Of a DNA stretch of 64,000 nucleotides, positions 1-13,430 are shown in pieces (position 1 is the stretch's first letter; every line of letters begins with the position of its first letter). This stretch comes from Eledone cirrhosa (Eukaryota). The notes beneath the pieces are model-generated. The model made no database searches, had not been told where the DNA came from, and worked only from the letters and a program-made list of their open reading frames with translations. The stretch spans positions 377,580,001 through 377,644,000 of the forward strand of contig OZ024741.1 of NCBI GenBank assembly GCA_964016885.1, read 5' to 3'. Position numbers and translations under genes: made by a program.

Positions 1-1892
1 ACGTATAAGTTTGAGGTATTTCAATAAAATTATCAAGAATAGAGTAAAATAGAGTAAGGTTATCAAATAAGGTTATCAAATAAAAGGACTCTAAATAGAA
101 CTATGGTAGACCAATGGGAACATAAAGAAGAGAGGTTATGGAGGATAGGAAGGAGCATAAAAGTAAAATCAATATATTATATAATATCATAAAAGGAGCA
201 TAAAGGTGAAATTTATATATAGTATAATAGAAGGGGCGGATATTAAGTGTGTAGAGGAGGAGGTACATTCGTTGAATAAGACTCCAACCAAAGTATTTAA
301 TAAGATATAAACCCATAAGGTGTTAGTACTGAAACTATAATAATGCTTAAGACGATAGATGGGGTATGGAAGCCAAAAGACTAAGGAAACTAAAATCGTA
401 AAGTTGTAAAAAAACTAATAATAATAAAGATGATGGTAATCAAAATGAACCTAAACAAAAAAGATAAGGAAATATAGCAGCTAATGGATACGATTTAAAC
501 TACCGGCACTTTTAGGTCTATAATAGAAGAAAGAATTAGAAATGACATGGGGACAGGAAGAAAATATCTCAGACTTTCTATTAAGCAAAACTTCCCTAGA
601 GAAAATTATTGAGTGGGTCTCTAGGATACAGAGATTACAGAATTTAGTGTGTGTTGATAGGTTATTAGAGCGTGCTACTATACGCCAATTAAGGCTATGT
701 GGCATGCCTGCTCCTTTAAGATCCCAGATATGGTGTGCTAAAGAAGTAGAGTTATTAAACTTAACATGCTTAAAATTAGAGATATGAGAATTAAACCTAG
801 TTTTAAAAGTATTAGATGTGGAGCCTATATATGTGCTATTAGAAGAATCAGTTTTATCTTCACAAGCATAAACAATGTTCCTAGAGAGGCAGTGACCATT
901 TAAAGGGCAGTTAATACTTACTCTACAGTTACACTTCCTGGTGCTATTTACCGGCTGAATAAGTGATGCATCACTTCTAGGGTTATTATAAGATAAGGTC
1001 TGCTCAGGTGGTAAGGCATTAATGGATCTATCAAGAATAGTAGTACGCAAAGAGGAGTAGCTGTCCCTAATTTTCTTATTGTTAGTGCTAGCTAAATGAG
1101 AACTAATATTAGTGGTGGTAGAGAATGATAGTTTAATTACATTTTTATTAAAAATACCATGGTATTTATTAGTAGGGAAATTTTTTTCTAAGATTGGCGT
1201 ATAGTAGCACGCTCTAATAACCTATCAACACACACTAAATTCTGTAATCTCTGTATCCTAGAGACCCACTCTATAATTTTCTCTAGGGAAGTTTTGCTTA
1301 ATAGAAAGTCTGAGATATTTTCTTCCTGCCCCCATGCCATTTCTAATTCTTTCTTCCATTATAGACCTAAAAGTTCTGGTAGTTTAAATCGTATCCATTA
1401 GCTGCTATATTTCCTTATCTTTTTTGTTTAGGTTCATTTTGATTACCATCATCTTTATTATTATTAGTTTTTTTACAACCTTTCGATTTTAGTTTCCATA
1501 GTCTTTTGGCTACCATACCCTATCTATCGTCATAAGCATTATTATAGTTTCAGTACTAACTCCTTATGGGTTTATATCTTATTAAATACTTTGGTTCGAG
1601 TCTCATTCAACTAATGTACCTCCTTCTCTACACACTTAATATCGGCCCCTTCTATTATACTATATATACATTTCACCTTTATGCTCCTTTTATGATATTA
1701 TATAATATATTGATTTTACTTTTATGCTCCTTCCTATCCTCCATAACCTCTCTTATTTATGTTCCCATTGGTCTACCATAGTTCTATTTAGAGTCCTTTT
1801 ATTTGATAACGTTATTCGACTGAACGGAGCATATTTTACTCTATTTTACTCTATTCTTGATAATTTTATTGAAATATCTCAAACTTATACGT
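1..1892. repeat. Large inverted duplication of a Penelope-like element 3' end (arms 1-689 and 1193-1892)
   Basis: ACGTATAAGTTTGAG at 1 matches the reverse complement of CTCAAACTTATACGT ending at 1892. Inner ends are TACGCCAAT (681-689) and ATTGGCGTA (1193-1201). ORFs 101..316(-) and 1566..1781(+) are near-identical mirror images. The left arm is cut by the window edge. Confidence 0.95.
481..1192 (-). mobile_element. Penelope-like element, 5'-truncated, C-terminal GIY-YIG endonuclease
   Basis: Motifs CNCR..CPLNGHCL, IVY, YIGSTSNTFKTRFNSH, CNLCILE and LLNRKSE. Same family as 39260-40765 and 42864-43259. Confidence 0.9.
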
Positions 1893-2413
1893 TTTTGATG
1901 ACTTAAACTATAGCCAAATTTGAAGTGACTAAATATGTATTTTAAATACTTTTAATATTAATTAATTTTAAAAGGTTTTCTAGTCAATTCGCCGCTTACA
2001 TTTCTATCTCTTCTTTTACTTAACCGCTTGTGACACCTAAGTAAATATACTTGTTTTTGTTTTTCGATCTTCGGTTCATTTTATTTATTTTTTTACTACT
2101 ACACGCTGTTCATTAATATATGTCTGTGTATCGCAACCACGTATATATTTATTAAGCATTTCCTTAGACTCTGTTTGATAATTGACATTAATGTTGTTAT
2201 ATCCTATCATTTTTATGTAATCGTATTATAGATTTTAATATATGTTATTCAAAGTACTGTTCTCTTTTATATTGTAATATATTGTGATATTTTGGTAATA
2301 TTTATGCCAATGTAAAACGTCTTGACCTCCGTGTATTTTTTACAATGGTATAGATATTTTGAGGGCACCTGGGAAGGGCAACCATCTCCCCCTTAATATA
2401 TATATAGAGATAT

Positions 2414-2462
<49 letters not shown>

Positions 2463-2914
2463 AGATAATTTTGAAAACCATACAATGCAGTAGAAAGAAA
2501 ATCAAGATTGCTAAGATAACAAAATAATCTTACCATAACAAATTTGATAATCCCAAATATTTTCGGGTTTAAAAACCCATTATCGAGGTAGTAATCCTAT
2601 GTGAGACTTAACAATTTGATTTGCTCGTTTGAAGAGCAGATTTAACTTAAATGACATGGAAAAACGTTAAAACTTCAAACATACGTGTTATGAAATGTAT
2701 GATATATGCATGTGTGTGTGTGTGAATATAAGTGTGCTTAGTGGGATGGTTGTATGTTTGTGCATGAGTGTAAATTTATGTAGTCAAAGTTGTGTGCGAA
2801 TATATATATAATAAAACGGGAAAAATATGTGTGTTATATATATATATTTCAAGGAGGCAACAAACAGAGGTACTATTATTTGTTTCAGGCTTTACATGGA
2901 AAAGGGGAAAGTTT

Positions 2915-2944
2915 GACGTGCCGGACTTAAGCCCTTCTTCGGGA
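2915..2944 (-). ncRNA. Degenerate minimal hammerhead ribozyme in a PLE 3' region
   Basis: Minus strand reads CCGAAGA-A-GGGC-TTAA-GTCC-GGCA-CGTC versus consensus CUGANGA-stem II-GAAA-CGUC. Both core boxes are mutated. It lies downstream of the PLE at 3343-4560. Confidence 0.4.
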
Positions 2945-3342
2945 GTACAAAATACAGACAGGGTCACCAAGGAGCAACAGAAATAAAAGAGGTCCAAGTA
3001 AAGAGAAAAAAAATCGAAAATAAAGTGTGTAAATAAGACAACCCATTAGGTTTAAAGGTATATTGTGTAAAGTATCAAAAATAGTGTGTGTATGAGTATT
3101 TGATTGTAAGTTTGAATGACTGTACTGTATATGTGCGTTGATATTATTTTGTGTTAAGAATCTGACAGCGTTAACGTATGTCCGTGAGATGTGTGGATTC
3201 GTATGTTTGAGTGCATGATTAAATGTTAATGTATGTATGTATTTTTAAGTTTATATTGTGTACGTCTAAATTATCTAACTGTGATACGTATGTGAGTGTG
3301 CATGTATTAACGAGTATGTGTCATAGGATAAAGGACATATGT

Positions 3343-4560
3343 TTAGTGCTTGATAGAGAGAATATGAAATACCTGTCTAAAGGAAGATGTGCGGTGTATT
3401 AAGTTTAAGGACAGAAACGCGTGTAAGAAAAGGATAAGTTGCTGAACTTTACGCCAGCCCAAGTCAGAGCGTCTGGTACAATGTTTGAGCTCGAAGATTC
3501 GGAGGTGGTGTGTAGAATGGCCACCGGATCTAAAATGTCGGGAAATTGGTGTCCGGTTGCTGACCCAAATGTCAAGAAGATCTCCAGCAAATATGTCGGC
3601 GAGACGACGGCCAGTTTGACCAAGGTATATGGTTCCGCACAGAATACAACGGAGTCCATAGACAAGGCTGGCACTTGAAGGAGTACTTAACCCGGAAAGA
3701 CCGGCCATTGGGACGGAAAACTGTTGTGTTGGAGATAAAGCGGGGCCGTATCCAGGAGATGAGCTGCGGACGAGGAGGCGTCGAAGATTACGGGCGCGCT
3801 TGGAGTAAGGGAGAGGTGGGGGTAACGCGTCAGGTGGAGAGTTTAAACTCTAGGTGGTGGAAAAGACGGAGGATCATCCTCTAGAGGGACAAGGTAGACG
3901 ATCAGTTGGTAAGGAGGCTGTGGTGTGGAGTAAGGGCAGTGATGCGATCGACGCCACGGGTACGGGTGAGGATCAGTTGGATCAGAGTAGGGTGTATCCA
4001 CAACTGGTGAAATGTCTGGCCATGTAATGAGACTGAATCTCAAAACCATTGCTTCGACTGCACATGCGGCGTATATCGAAGAATTTGGAAAATGGGATGG
4101 AGTGTTTGGTGTGGTTGGGATGTGAGGAAGAGAAGTCAAGGTAGGTGTGGGAGCCGGAGGGCTTGAAGTAGGCGGAGGTGAAAAGGGAGCGATTGGAGAG
4201 GCCAATGATTACTCACATGTCCAGGTAGTTAACAGAAGAAATGGAGATAGAGGTGGTGAAATTGCGGTCGGAGTAGAAGGAACAGAGAAAGAACAAAAAA
4301 GGAGTCGGGCTGGGTATGGGTGAGAGATATGGCACCAAAACACTTGTCATTACACTGAGTGTACTGCTCGAGTGCAGTGCCAGAGTATTGGGACAAGATC
4401 TGAGCCTCACCGTAGCCAAGAAATATATTTGGGCAGATGTAGCCGATTCTTGTACCCACGACCACCCTCAAGGTCTGTTGGCAAATCTCACGCGAGAAGG
4501 AGAAACAGTTGAATGAGAGGACCAGCTCGGCTAAGCTAATAGGGGTAGAGGAGGAAGGTT
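3343..4560 (-). mobile_element. Decayed Penelope-like element (RT fragment plus GIY-YIG)
   Basis: RT-like LAELVLSFNCFSF...VVVGTRIG..CPNIFLGYGE and endonuclease-like LVYGLRCILCGTIYLGQTGRRL...PISRHF...H. Multiple frameshifts. Confidence 0.85.
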
Positions 4561-4577
4561 GAGTAGAGGCTTGAGAA

Positions 4578-4664
<87 letters not shown>

Positions 4665-4957
4665 TAGAGATATATAGAGAGAGAGATAGAGAGAGAGAAA
4701 GAGAGATAGAGAGAGAGAAGAAAGTCGCGGACGATTAGTGCAGTGAAGTGCAGTTCAATAAAAATCAAAGTATTCGAGGTCCGTAGGCAATCCGATGGCT
4801 GGACTGGGTCAGGGTTAAGGTAAAATAGAGCAGTCACAAGGCGGAGGTAAATGTCCACGTTCGAATTACAAAGATTGCCGCGTAGCGTAGAAAATAAAGT
4901 TTAAGCAGACCACAAAAAGAGGTACAAAAAAGTGTTATTATATATATATATATATAC

Positions 4958-5072
4958 GATCTAAGTTCAAATCCCGCCGAGGTTGACTTTGCCTTTCATC
5001 CTTACGGGGTCGATAAACTGAAGTATCAGTAATTCACTGGGTAATTGCTGGCCTTGTGCCTAAAGTAGAAAC

Positions 5073-5078
<6 letters not shown>
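4958..5078 (+). mobile_element. tRNA-derived SINE (octopus-type), 5'-truncated
   Basis: B-box-like GTTCAAATCCC followed by GCCGAGGTTGACTTTGCCTTTCATCCTTACGGGGTCGATAAA...GCTGGCCTTGTGCC. Further copies at 16.4, 29.9-30.4, 34.8 and 58.8 kb. Confidence 0.85.
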
Positions 5079-5122
<44 letters not shown>

Positions 5123-5375
5123 AAATTATGCATGATAATAATATATTTTGTCTGTGTACTTAATTTTACTATTCTACGGTAAATCTTGCCATTACATATA
5201 TACATATTTGTTTCTGACAACCAATTCCCACCAATGAAACACTAATCAATCCTAGTTTATTGTAGAAGAAACATGCCCAAGTTGCCCCGCAGCGAGACTG
5301 TACCCAGAACTAACTGTTAGTGTAGAGATCTCTTCAGCCGCACACAACGCACACACGCACGCATATATACATATA

Positions 5376-5493
<118 letters not shown>

Positions 5494-5664
5494 CGAATAT
5501 AAAAGAAAAACGAACACAGATATATACATATATGTCTTCAAATCGCAAGGGACCTGACTCGCTAAGGTGAAAAGAATAGTAACTATAGACAATAAGGTTT
5601 GCCTGACTCAATTTTAAAATAAATCAAGAAAATAAATACAAACCGGAATTGTGGTAACTACCAA

Positions 5665-5745
5665 TCACCCAGACAGCTTTTGGTACTGCTATTTCGGAAA
5701 ATTAATTGTGAATAGGAATGCCTATTCTTGTTCATCAGTGGGTGA
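5665..5745 (-). ncRNA. Type I hammerhead ribozyme, intact core
   Basis: Minus strand reads TCACCCA-CTGATGA-[stem II region containing GAATAGG/CCTATTC]-GAAA-TAGC-AGTACCAAAA-GCTG-TC^TGGGTGA. Stem I is 7 bp, stem III is 4 bp, and the cleavage triplet is GUC. Confidence 0.85.
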
Positions 5746-6060
5746 AATATTAGTATCCTAGACACTTCTAAGTATATTAAAAAGCTGAACAGTGTGCGCA
5801 TATATAATCACGCACATGGTATCTAAACTTAGCGTGTCTCACAAACTTACACCACTAAAAATAGAAGCCAGGTTTATTCGACATTTGAATTAGCTCAACA
5901 CATTAACGGAGCCAAATATATGAAAGGTATATATTGAGTTAGAAACTCAAAATAGTCTCTTACAATAAAATAGCTCTAGAAAAGAGATTTTTCCGAGCCG
6001 TATATTATAATTGAATATAAAAGAAAATCGAACACATATATATACATATATGTGTTCAAA

Positions 6061-6140
6061 TCACCCACTGATGAGGAAGAATTGGCATTCCTATTCACAA
6101 TTAATTTTGCGAAACAGCAGTACCAAAAGGTGTATGGGTT
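6061..6140 (+). ncRNA. Type I hammerhead ribozyme, second (inverted) copy
   Basis: TCACCCA-CTGATGA-...-GAAA-CAGC-AGTACCAAAA-GGTG-TA^TGGGT. GUA triplet with one stem III mismatch. Confidence 0.75.
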
Positions 6141-6461
6141 TTTGGTAGTTACCACATTTCTGGTTTGTATTTATTTTCTTGATTTATTCTTAAATTGTGT
6201 CAGGCAAACCCTATTGTCTATAGTTAGTATTCTTTTCACCTTAGCGAATCTGGTCCCTTACTATTTGAACACATATATGTATATATCTGTGTTCGTTTTT
6301 CTTTTATATTCTATTATAATATAAGTTTCGGAAAAATCTCTTTCCTAAAACTATTTTATTGTAAGAGACTATTTTGAGTTTCTAACTCAATATATACCTT
6401 TGATATATATATATATATATAATAAAATGTCGAGAGGAAGCACACGAGTTAGGTTATATAT

Positions 6462-9400
6462 ATATGAAAACAAGGAGAAAAAGACGATTACTAGGAAGAA
6501 ACATATTTTGTTTTCCCTTTCTATTTATTTCTCTCTTTTTCTGGGTTAGAAAATGAATAAAAAGAAATATTTTACTTTGTATGAAGTGTTAAGGTATTAG
6601 TTGATTTATTTATTAATTAACAATGGCATTTATTTATTAATAATTGTCTATTACCAGTTTCAGCATAGTTATGCATTATCAAATAATAATAATATGTATT
6701 GGTGTAGAATGGTGGTGTTGGACATGTTAAAGAAATGGTGCAGAAACAATAATGGTATTTACAAACAAGGTTTATTAAGTGAAAAGTAAAAGAAACAAGA
6801 AAAAAAGGAGCGTAATGTGGAGCATAATAAGTCAATGTGAAAGAAAAAATAATGTTATTTACAGGCATAGTTCTTGAAGATAAGCAGATCAAAATGTGTT
6901 AATATAGCAAGAGTGCTTAGTTGATCCATGATGGAGGCTAATGGGGTTTGATATGATTTCCCTTTTTAGAGAGTTAATATGCAGGGGGAGGCAATTCATG
7001 ATAGATGATATTCAATTTATTTAAGAAAAAAGATTAGATAGGGTGTTAGGGCGGTATCTCTTTAGAGAAACATAGGTATTTGTAAATGTTTGATTGTTCG
7101 TTCCAGTTTTAGTTTAGTCCGAAGTTTAGTGCATTAAGTAGAGGTTGGAATTTGTTAATGAAATACGTTTCCTTATTGGTACGATGGATGAAAGTAGCGT
7201 TGTCTATGAATTTGTAAATGGGGAAAATTTTCAAGTTTGGATGTTGGTTGGCTGCACAAGTGTCGATATGTTCACTAAACGCAATCTTTCTGTATTCCTG
7301 TATTTTGATTTGTGATTTATGGACGGTCATACGTTGTTGGAGGCTGTTTTTGTCTGTCCTATGTAGTGCTCTTGACAACCTGAGCAGGTCAAAACATAGA
7401 TTAGGTTTTCAGATGCGCATGTAAAGTTGTGTTTAACTGTAAAATGTTGTCCTTGTTTAAAATGAAATGTTGAACCTTCTATTAGATTTATGCATATGCC
7501 ACAGTTGGGCCTTCCGCATGTTGTGACTGTAGGGTTGATTGTGAGGGGTTGTTGGATTTTGGCTTGCGTGAGGATGTTTTTTTATGGATTTAGGTTGTCC
7601 TTTGCTCTTTATGATGTTGTGTGTTTGGAGGATTTTGTTGATTCCTGGGTCTCTTTTTAGAAAAGGAATGTTCTGGAGGATGGTGTCGAATGCCTCATTG
7701 TTGAGGGGGTTGTGCGTGGAGATGTATGGTAGAGTTTTCTGTTGCGGTTCATTCCTGGGTTTGTGGTGTCTGAGTTCCTGGATTTCGAGTTTTAGGGCAC
7801 GTTGGATTCCATTGTTGATTAGGGATGGTGGGTAGTTTCTGCTGATAAGTGTGTTTTTTTTATTCTTCTAGTCGTGTGTACCATGTGTATTTATCTCAAG
7901 CTAATGTGCAGATCTTTCTGACTAGGTTATAAGGAATTGCCATTTTGGTGTATCTAAGGTGGCAGGATTTGAATGGAAGGTATTGTTTGGAGTCTATGGG
8001 TTTGTAGTATATGTCTGTTTCTATTTTGTTGTTTGTTTTCTTGATGAGGATGTCGGGGAAAGGGAGTTGTTCATGGCTGTAATCCATTGTGAATTGTAAG
8101 TTTGTGTTGAGTCCATTCAGAAGGGTTTCAAAACAATCAGTCTATCTATACTTTCATGTCAGAGGATGATGCAGTCGTCCAGATATCCCTTCCAGTTCTT
8201 TTCTATGTGCTGGTAGAACTGGTTGCCGTATTTGTATAGAACTTTGCGTTAGAGAGTGGTTTCCAAATATCCCATGACAAGGTTGGCGTATGAGGAGGCT
8301 ACTTTCGTGCCCAAGGCATTCCCAGATTTCTGTCTGTAGTATTTGGCATTGAATTCGAAGAAATTGTTTTCCAAGACGAATTTGAGTCCCTCCAACACAA
8401 ATTCTTCAGGGATGCGCTGTGGGAGTTCACTAGGCAGATTTTCAAGCCAGAATTGTATTGCCTCTATACCTAGGTTGTGTGGCATATTGAAATATAAATT
8501 GATGTCATCAAAGGTTACTAGTAGGGTATGTTCAATATTTAGTGTTGTTGGCTGGTGGTCGGGCATGTCAAGGTCGTCTCTTATGAAGCTTTTTATGTGT
8601 TTTAGGAAATGTTTAAGCAGAATATCTAGGAAGTTGCTTGGGCGGCGGGTTTCACATGTGGTACCTGCTATTATGGGTCTTAATTTAAGGTCATCAGGAG
8701 GGTCTATATTGATATAAATGTCTATGGCTTGCTTGCAGGCCCTACCTATTACTTCGCTTTTGTGTGTCAATGAGACAAAAATATTGCATTTAGTGAACAT
8801 ATCGCCAATTGTGCACCCAACCAACATCCACACTTTAAAATGTTCCCCATTTACAAATTCATAGACAACGCTACTTTCAGCCATCGTACCAATAAGGAAA
8901 CGTATTTCATTAACAAATTCCAACCTCTACTTAATGCACTAAACTTCGGACCAAACTAAAACTGGAACGAACAATCAAACATTTACAAATACCTATGTTT
9001 CTCTAAAGAGATACCTCCCTAACACCCTACCTAATCATTTTTCTTAAATAAATTAAATATCATCCAGCATGATTTACCTCCTCCTGCATATTAAATCTCT
9101 AAAAAAGGAAATCATATCAAACCCCAATCCACCATTTGCCTCCATCATGGATCAACTAAGCACTTTTGCTACATTAACACATTTTGATCTGCTTATCTTC
9201 AAGAACTATGCCTGTAAATAACATTATATGTTCATTCACATTGACTTATTATGCTCCTCATTATGCTACTGTTTTTTTCTTTTTTCTTTTCACTTCATAA
9301 ACCTTGTTTGTAAATAACATTATTCTTTCTGCGCCATTTCTTTAACACGTCCAACACCACAATTCTACACCAATACATATTATTATTATCTGTTAATGCA

Positions 9401-9602
9401 TAAAAATGCTGAGACCGGTAATAGACAATTATTAATAAATAAATAAATAAATAAATGCCATTTTTAATTAATAAATAAATCAACTAATACCTTAACACTT
9501 CACACAAAGTAAAATATTTCGTTTTAATCATTTTCTAACCCAGAAAAAGAGAGAAAGAAATAAAACGGGAAAAAAAAATATTTTTCTTCCCTGTTTTCAT
9601 AA
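6462..9602 (-). mobile_element. Penelope-like element (RT plus Cys-linker GIY-YIG, Neptune-like) with inverted duplication of its 3' end
   Basis: RT motifs LRPIIAG, LLVTFDDINLYFNMPH, QKSGNALGTKVASSYANL and ETDIYYKP. Endonuclease region CGRPNCGIC...NLIYVLTCSGCQEHYIGQT. Inverted arms at about 6462-7285 and 8783-9602. Confidence 0.9.
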
Positions 9603-9624
9603 ATCTATCTATCTATATATATAT

Positions 9625-11292
9625 GAAGTTGTTGCAGGACATCCCGTTGGAACCGGGATTGCGGAAAGCTGTGCCGGCCTACGCCGATGACGTAACAGTA
9701 ATGGTATCGACGGCCTCGGAAATTGGGGCGACGGCACCTTACTGGAGGAGTACAAAAGGTTTACAGGGGCTAAGCTGAACCGGGACAAGTCGATCGGTCT
9801 GCAACTCGGCACGTGGAGGGGCAAATCGATGCCCTCCGTTGACGTCGTCGGGCGCTGGACGGAGGGCCCGGTGAAGTTGCTCGGTGCCTGGTTCGGACCA
9901 GACCTCCAGGTGGAGAAGAACTGGGGTGAGGTAACAAACAGGGTGTTTGCACTGACCCAGAAGTGGGCCGTGTGCAACCTGTCCCTGAAAGGTCGTGCGG
10001 AGGTGGCGAACACTTATATAGCGTCGGTCATCTACTACCGCATGACCGTCGTGCCTTGCCCAAGGGAAACGCTCGCCAAAATGAAGCGCGCACTCTTCCA
10101 ATTCTTTTGGAAGAAGCGGGCTCCTATGTTGAGGAGATCCATCTGCTGTCAACACCCTTCGAAAGGAGGGCAGGGTATCCGTGGCTGATGATGCGTAAAC
10201 ACGCATTAAGACTACGGCACCTCCAGGAATTCCTCTCCGGTCAACCGGTGTGGGCACCGTTTGTGAGGCGAGCCTTTCCCAAACTCGTCTCGCTCACCGA
10301 GCTGCAATCCTGGGTCAAGCAAAGACCGAGAAAACTGGGCGCCTGGGACACCGAGTGTGCCAGGCGCTCAGGCTCTCTGGCTGGCGGACCCGGCTGTCAG
10401 TGGAGAATCCACCTCGTCATTTTATAGAGGGCTGGTGGTTAGCAGGTGCGACGACGCCCTCGGAGAAGCCCTAGGCATGGAGGAAAACGAACTGGCCAAC
10501 ATGTTCGGTAGCCCGGGACCCATGGATAACTTTCAGAGGTCCCTGGCCTAGCGATGCTACAGGGGTCCCTGCCCGTTCGGGAAAGGCTCTACAGACACGT
10601 GCGCTCGGGTAGGGACCCCTCGAAAAAAATCTGTCCCAGATGCGTGTGCGACGAGGAAACCGTTGTACACGCATTGGTACACTGCTCGGGTGTAGCCGAT
10701 CTGTGGGGCTATGTCGAACAACTGCTGTCAAGGGTGGGACCTATCCGGTTGTCCACCGCGTCTTTTGTAACGATCAAGCCGCCTCCCCTCTTCAAAAACG
10801 AAGAAGAGGCGGTGTTTCTGTGCGTAATAGCCATGGCGAAAGCAGTTGTATGGTGGACGCGTCTGAAAGGACTGAGGTCAGACACCTTTCTCTCTGGCCA
10901 ACAACTGGTCCGTTTCTTCCGATATCATTTCGGAAGAAGGATCAGGATGGAGAGAGAGGTGCTGCAACCCAGTCGTTTTTATGAAAGATGGGTGAAAGTG
11001 GCGAGAATGGCCCTGTGAATGGGCCTTCACTCTACATCAGACTATAGGTGAGGAAGATGAAAGATCAAGGGAGCACCCCCTCTATGTGCTCCTGGGGAGA
11101 AGGGTTGCACACTTTTTTCGGCGCCTCCTCCCTATTGAGGATTTTGTTATTAAATTTATTTTTGTAATATTTTATATATTATTTTTATATTTTGTTATTG
11201 CCTCCTCCTTATTGAGGACGCCTTTTTATGTAAACTCCCACCATTGTACTTGTCCCACTTTTTGATGCCCCGGTGGCAAATAAAAAGAAAGT
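9625..11292 (+). mobile_element. L1-Tx1-type LINE, 5'-truncated (RT C-terminus plus zf-RVT), inserted in (TA)n
   Basis: YADDV at about 9679, KLLGAWFG, and CPRC...ETVVHALVHC. TATCTATATATATAT occurs on both flanks (9610-9624 and 11293-11307), consistent with a TSD. Confidence 0.9.
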
Positions 11293-11294
11293 TA

Positions 11295-11341
<47 letters not shown>

Positions 11342-11565
11342 TCAAACTTTTCTCTGAGTCGGTTTTTTCGTTGTTCTGCTCTTAGCGGCTCGTTTTCCTG
11401 TTGCTGGCTTCAATTTGTATAGCTGTTTAAACGTAATGTTATAACTCTAAGGTAAAATTCCGTATTGAGTGCTTTGGGCCTCATTTCCCGACAGCATTCG
11501 TTAGTTTGCCCGCAACCAGAGCTCCGATTATGCTGTACTACTTTCTTGTATATATATATATATAT

Positions 11566-11601
<36 letters not shown>

Positions 11602-11883
11602 CATAAATCATGTCCTTAGAATTATTAGATAACCTATATACCATTTCCTCTCCCAATTAGCATAATTAACCATATAAAAAAATCAATTAGACCAAGCTAT
11701 AAGAAGAAAGGCTCTTATGAAGAAATCTCCGACAAATAACCGAAAGTGGCCTCTTCACGGTGGCCCCGATAGAGTATTTATCCAACATTTCGACAGCATG
11801 TAGAAACTGACTAAATATACCATCAACCATACACAATTAGGTGTAAATTCAAACTTAGAAGAAATGTGTACATACCGTAATTA

Positions 11884-11962
11884 TATCTCTACCATGGTTT
11901 AATCCGTATTTTTAGACATCCAATTAATAGGAATGTCTTGAGTTAGGAGTCATCAGGAGACA
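11884..11962 (-). ncRNA. Type I hammerhead motif with long stem II and a GAAA->TAAA mutation
   Basis: Minus strand reads TGTCTC-CTGATGA-[CTCC..AGACATTCC-loop-GGATGTCT..GGAT]-TAAA-CCATGG-TA^GAGATA. Stem I is 6 bp and stem III is palindromic. Confidence 0.65.
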
Positions 11963-12087
11963 AACTCAAAATTAGACATTTAGTTTTCCAACGTGATCGC
12001 GCCAAAATTAGATTCAAAAATAGCTAAGAATCGCAATGTGGCTGTGGTCAAGTTAGAAAGAATGTGATTGGTTGCTTACGGCTGGTA

Positions 12088-12235
12088 GGCTTGTTGCTAG
12101 AAAGCGCAGCCAAATGTGACCGGTTGCAACATATATATCTATAACTTTATGTATATGTAAACCTTTATATTTAATAAGCTCCCGTTAGGTTGAGATACAA
12201 TTTGGCGATATTTGGCTGCGCTATCTAGCAACAAG

Positions 12236-12237
<2 letters not shown>
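12088..12237. mobile_element. MITE with about 28-bp TIRs and TA flanks
   Basis: TA-GGCTTGTTGCTAGAAAGCGCAGCCAAAT at the left end and ATTTGGCTGCGCTATCTAGCAACAAGCC-TA at the right end. Confidence 0.65.
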
Positions 12238-12291
<54 letters not shown>

Positions 12292-13207
12292 GTCGATACT
12301 GTTACTAACTAAATTCTTCTTATCCTAACAAATCTGAAGCTAACACACCAATAATTAGCTTCTTAACTATCTTTATAAATCCCGGTTTTTTAGAATGCAT
12401 GACGTTATAGATACTGTGGAGCCAGACTATCGACAATAATTCTGAATTCGCTGCGTTAGAGAATTCCCTTAAAGTTTAGACGACAGCATATGTTTGTGTA
12501 ACTTGTTGATTTAGTTGAAGATTGCATATGTGCTGTCTGTTTTGTACACATGAAAATAAAATGTGCCACAATAAATCAATTGCTCAAAGTTTGGATCAAC
12601 TTTAGAAAGAATATTTCACATCTGCGATACTACAAATAGAAAATCTGACAACTGCTTGAAAATTTAACTTTTTTGCTTTTTTTCTAAATTTTCTTCCTTG
12701 ACAATTATGTTCTTCGGGCTGAAGATATTCTCCCATTTTTAAAATATGTATTTTCGTATTTTCACTAAAATATATAAACTTGTTTTTGTTTTGCTTTATT
12801 GAGCAACATATTTTCTTACGTTTGTCAGATATTTCGTTTTTGTTTGACATGTACTTTAGTAAATATAGATTTCTGTTCAGTGAATAATTCCTAAACATAG
12901 GTTCTCTGTGTTACCTGAAAACTCATTTAAAAATACAATCAGGGAAATAAAGAGCTCAAATATAAACATTAGTCTAATAATATATTGGAAGCCTCTCTAT
13001 ATGCATATTGTATGTATACGCAATGTTTAAATCCTTCAGAAATGTATACGCAATGTTTAAATCCTTCAGAAATGATATAAATAATGTGCGTAATGTAATC
13101 TTTACTTCATGATGCATTTCATTTAGTTCTAATATTTATGAAATCTGATTAGTGTTACACTGTCTTCAATTAAGCACATGATATTGTTGCTTTCGTCAAA
13201 CAATACA

Positions 13208-13430
13208 GTGGTTTCGGTGTTGTATTCACAACCAGGATTCTGTGAGTTCAATTCTCAGAACGGGCAACGTGTTGTTTACTTGAGCAAGACATTTTATTTC
13301 ACGTTGCTCCAGGCCACTCTGCTATAGAGATGAGTTGCAACGTCATAGGTTCCATATGGTTCAGCATTCACCTTTCCCTTCATGTTATATGGTGGGGTAA
13401 CGTGTTTGCAAAAAACATGATTATATGTGA
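13208..13430 (+). mobile_element. Second tRNA-derived SINE family (decayed)
   Basis: B-box-like GAGTTCAATTC followed by the SINE core-like TTGAGCAAGACATTTTATTTCACGTTGCTCCAG. Confidence 0.6.

Noticed and set aside
2551-2590. GGGTTT/AAACCC-GAAA hairpin as a hammerhead
   Set aside because: The CUGANGA box is too degraded (CTCGATAA) and stem I does not pair.
4958-5078. tRNA gene suggested by GTTCAAATCCC
   Set aside because: No cloverleaf. It is the tRNA-derived head of a dispersed SINE.
5200-5345. CTGAAGA on the minus strand as a hammerhead
   Set aside because: No GAAA-stem III-UH with a complementary stem I could be found.
12602-12898. 98-aa minus-strand ORF
   Set aside because: AT-rich with no diagnostic motif. 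It may be an old LINE 3' remnant, but this cannot be supported.
13012-13071. 30-bp tandem duplication (also a 19-bp duplication at about 40747)
   Set aside because: Ordinary local slippage duplications.
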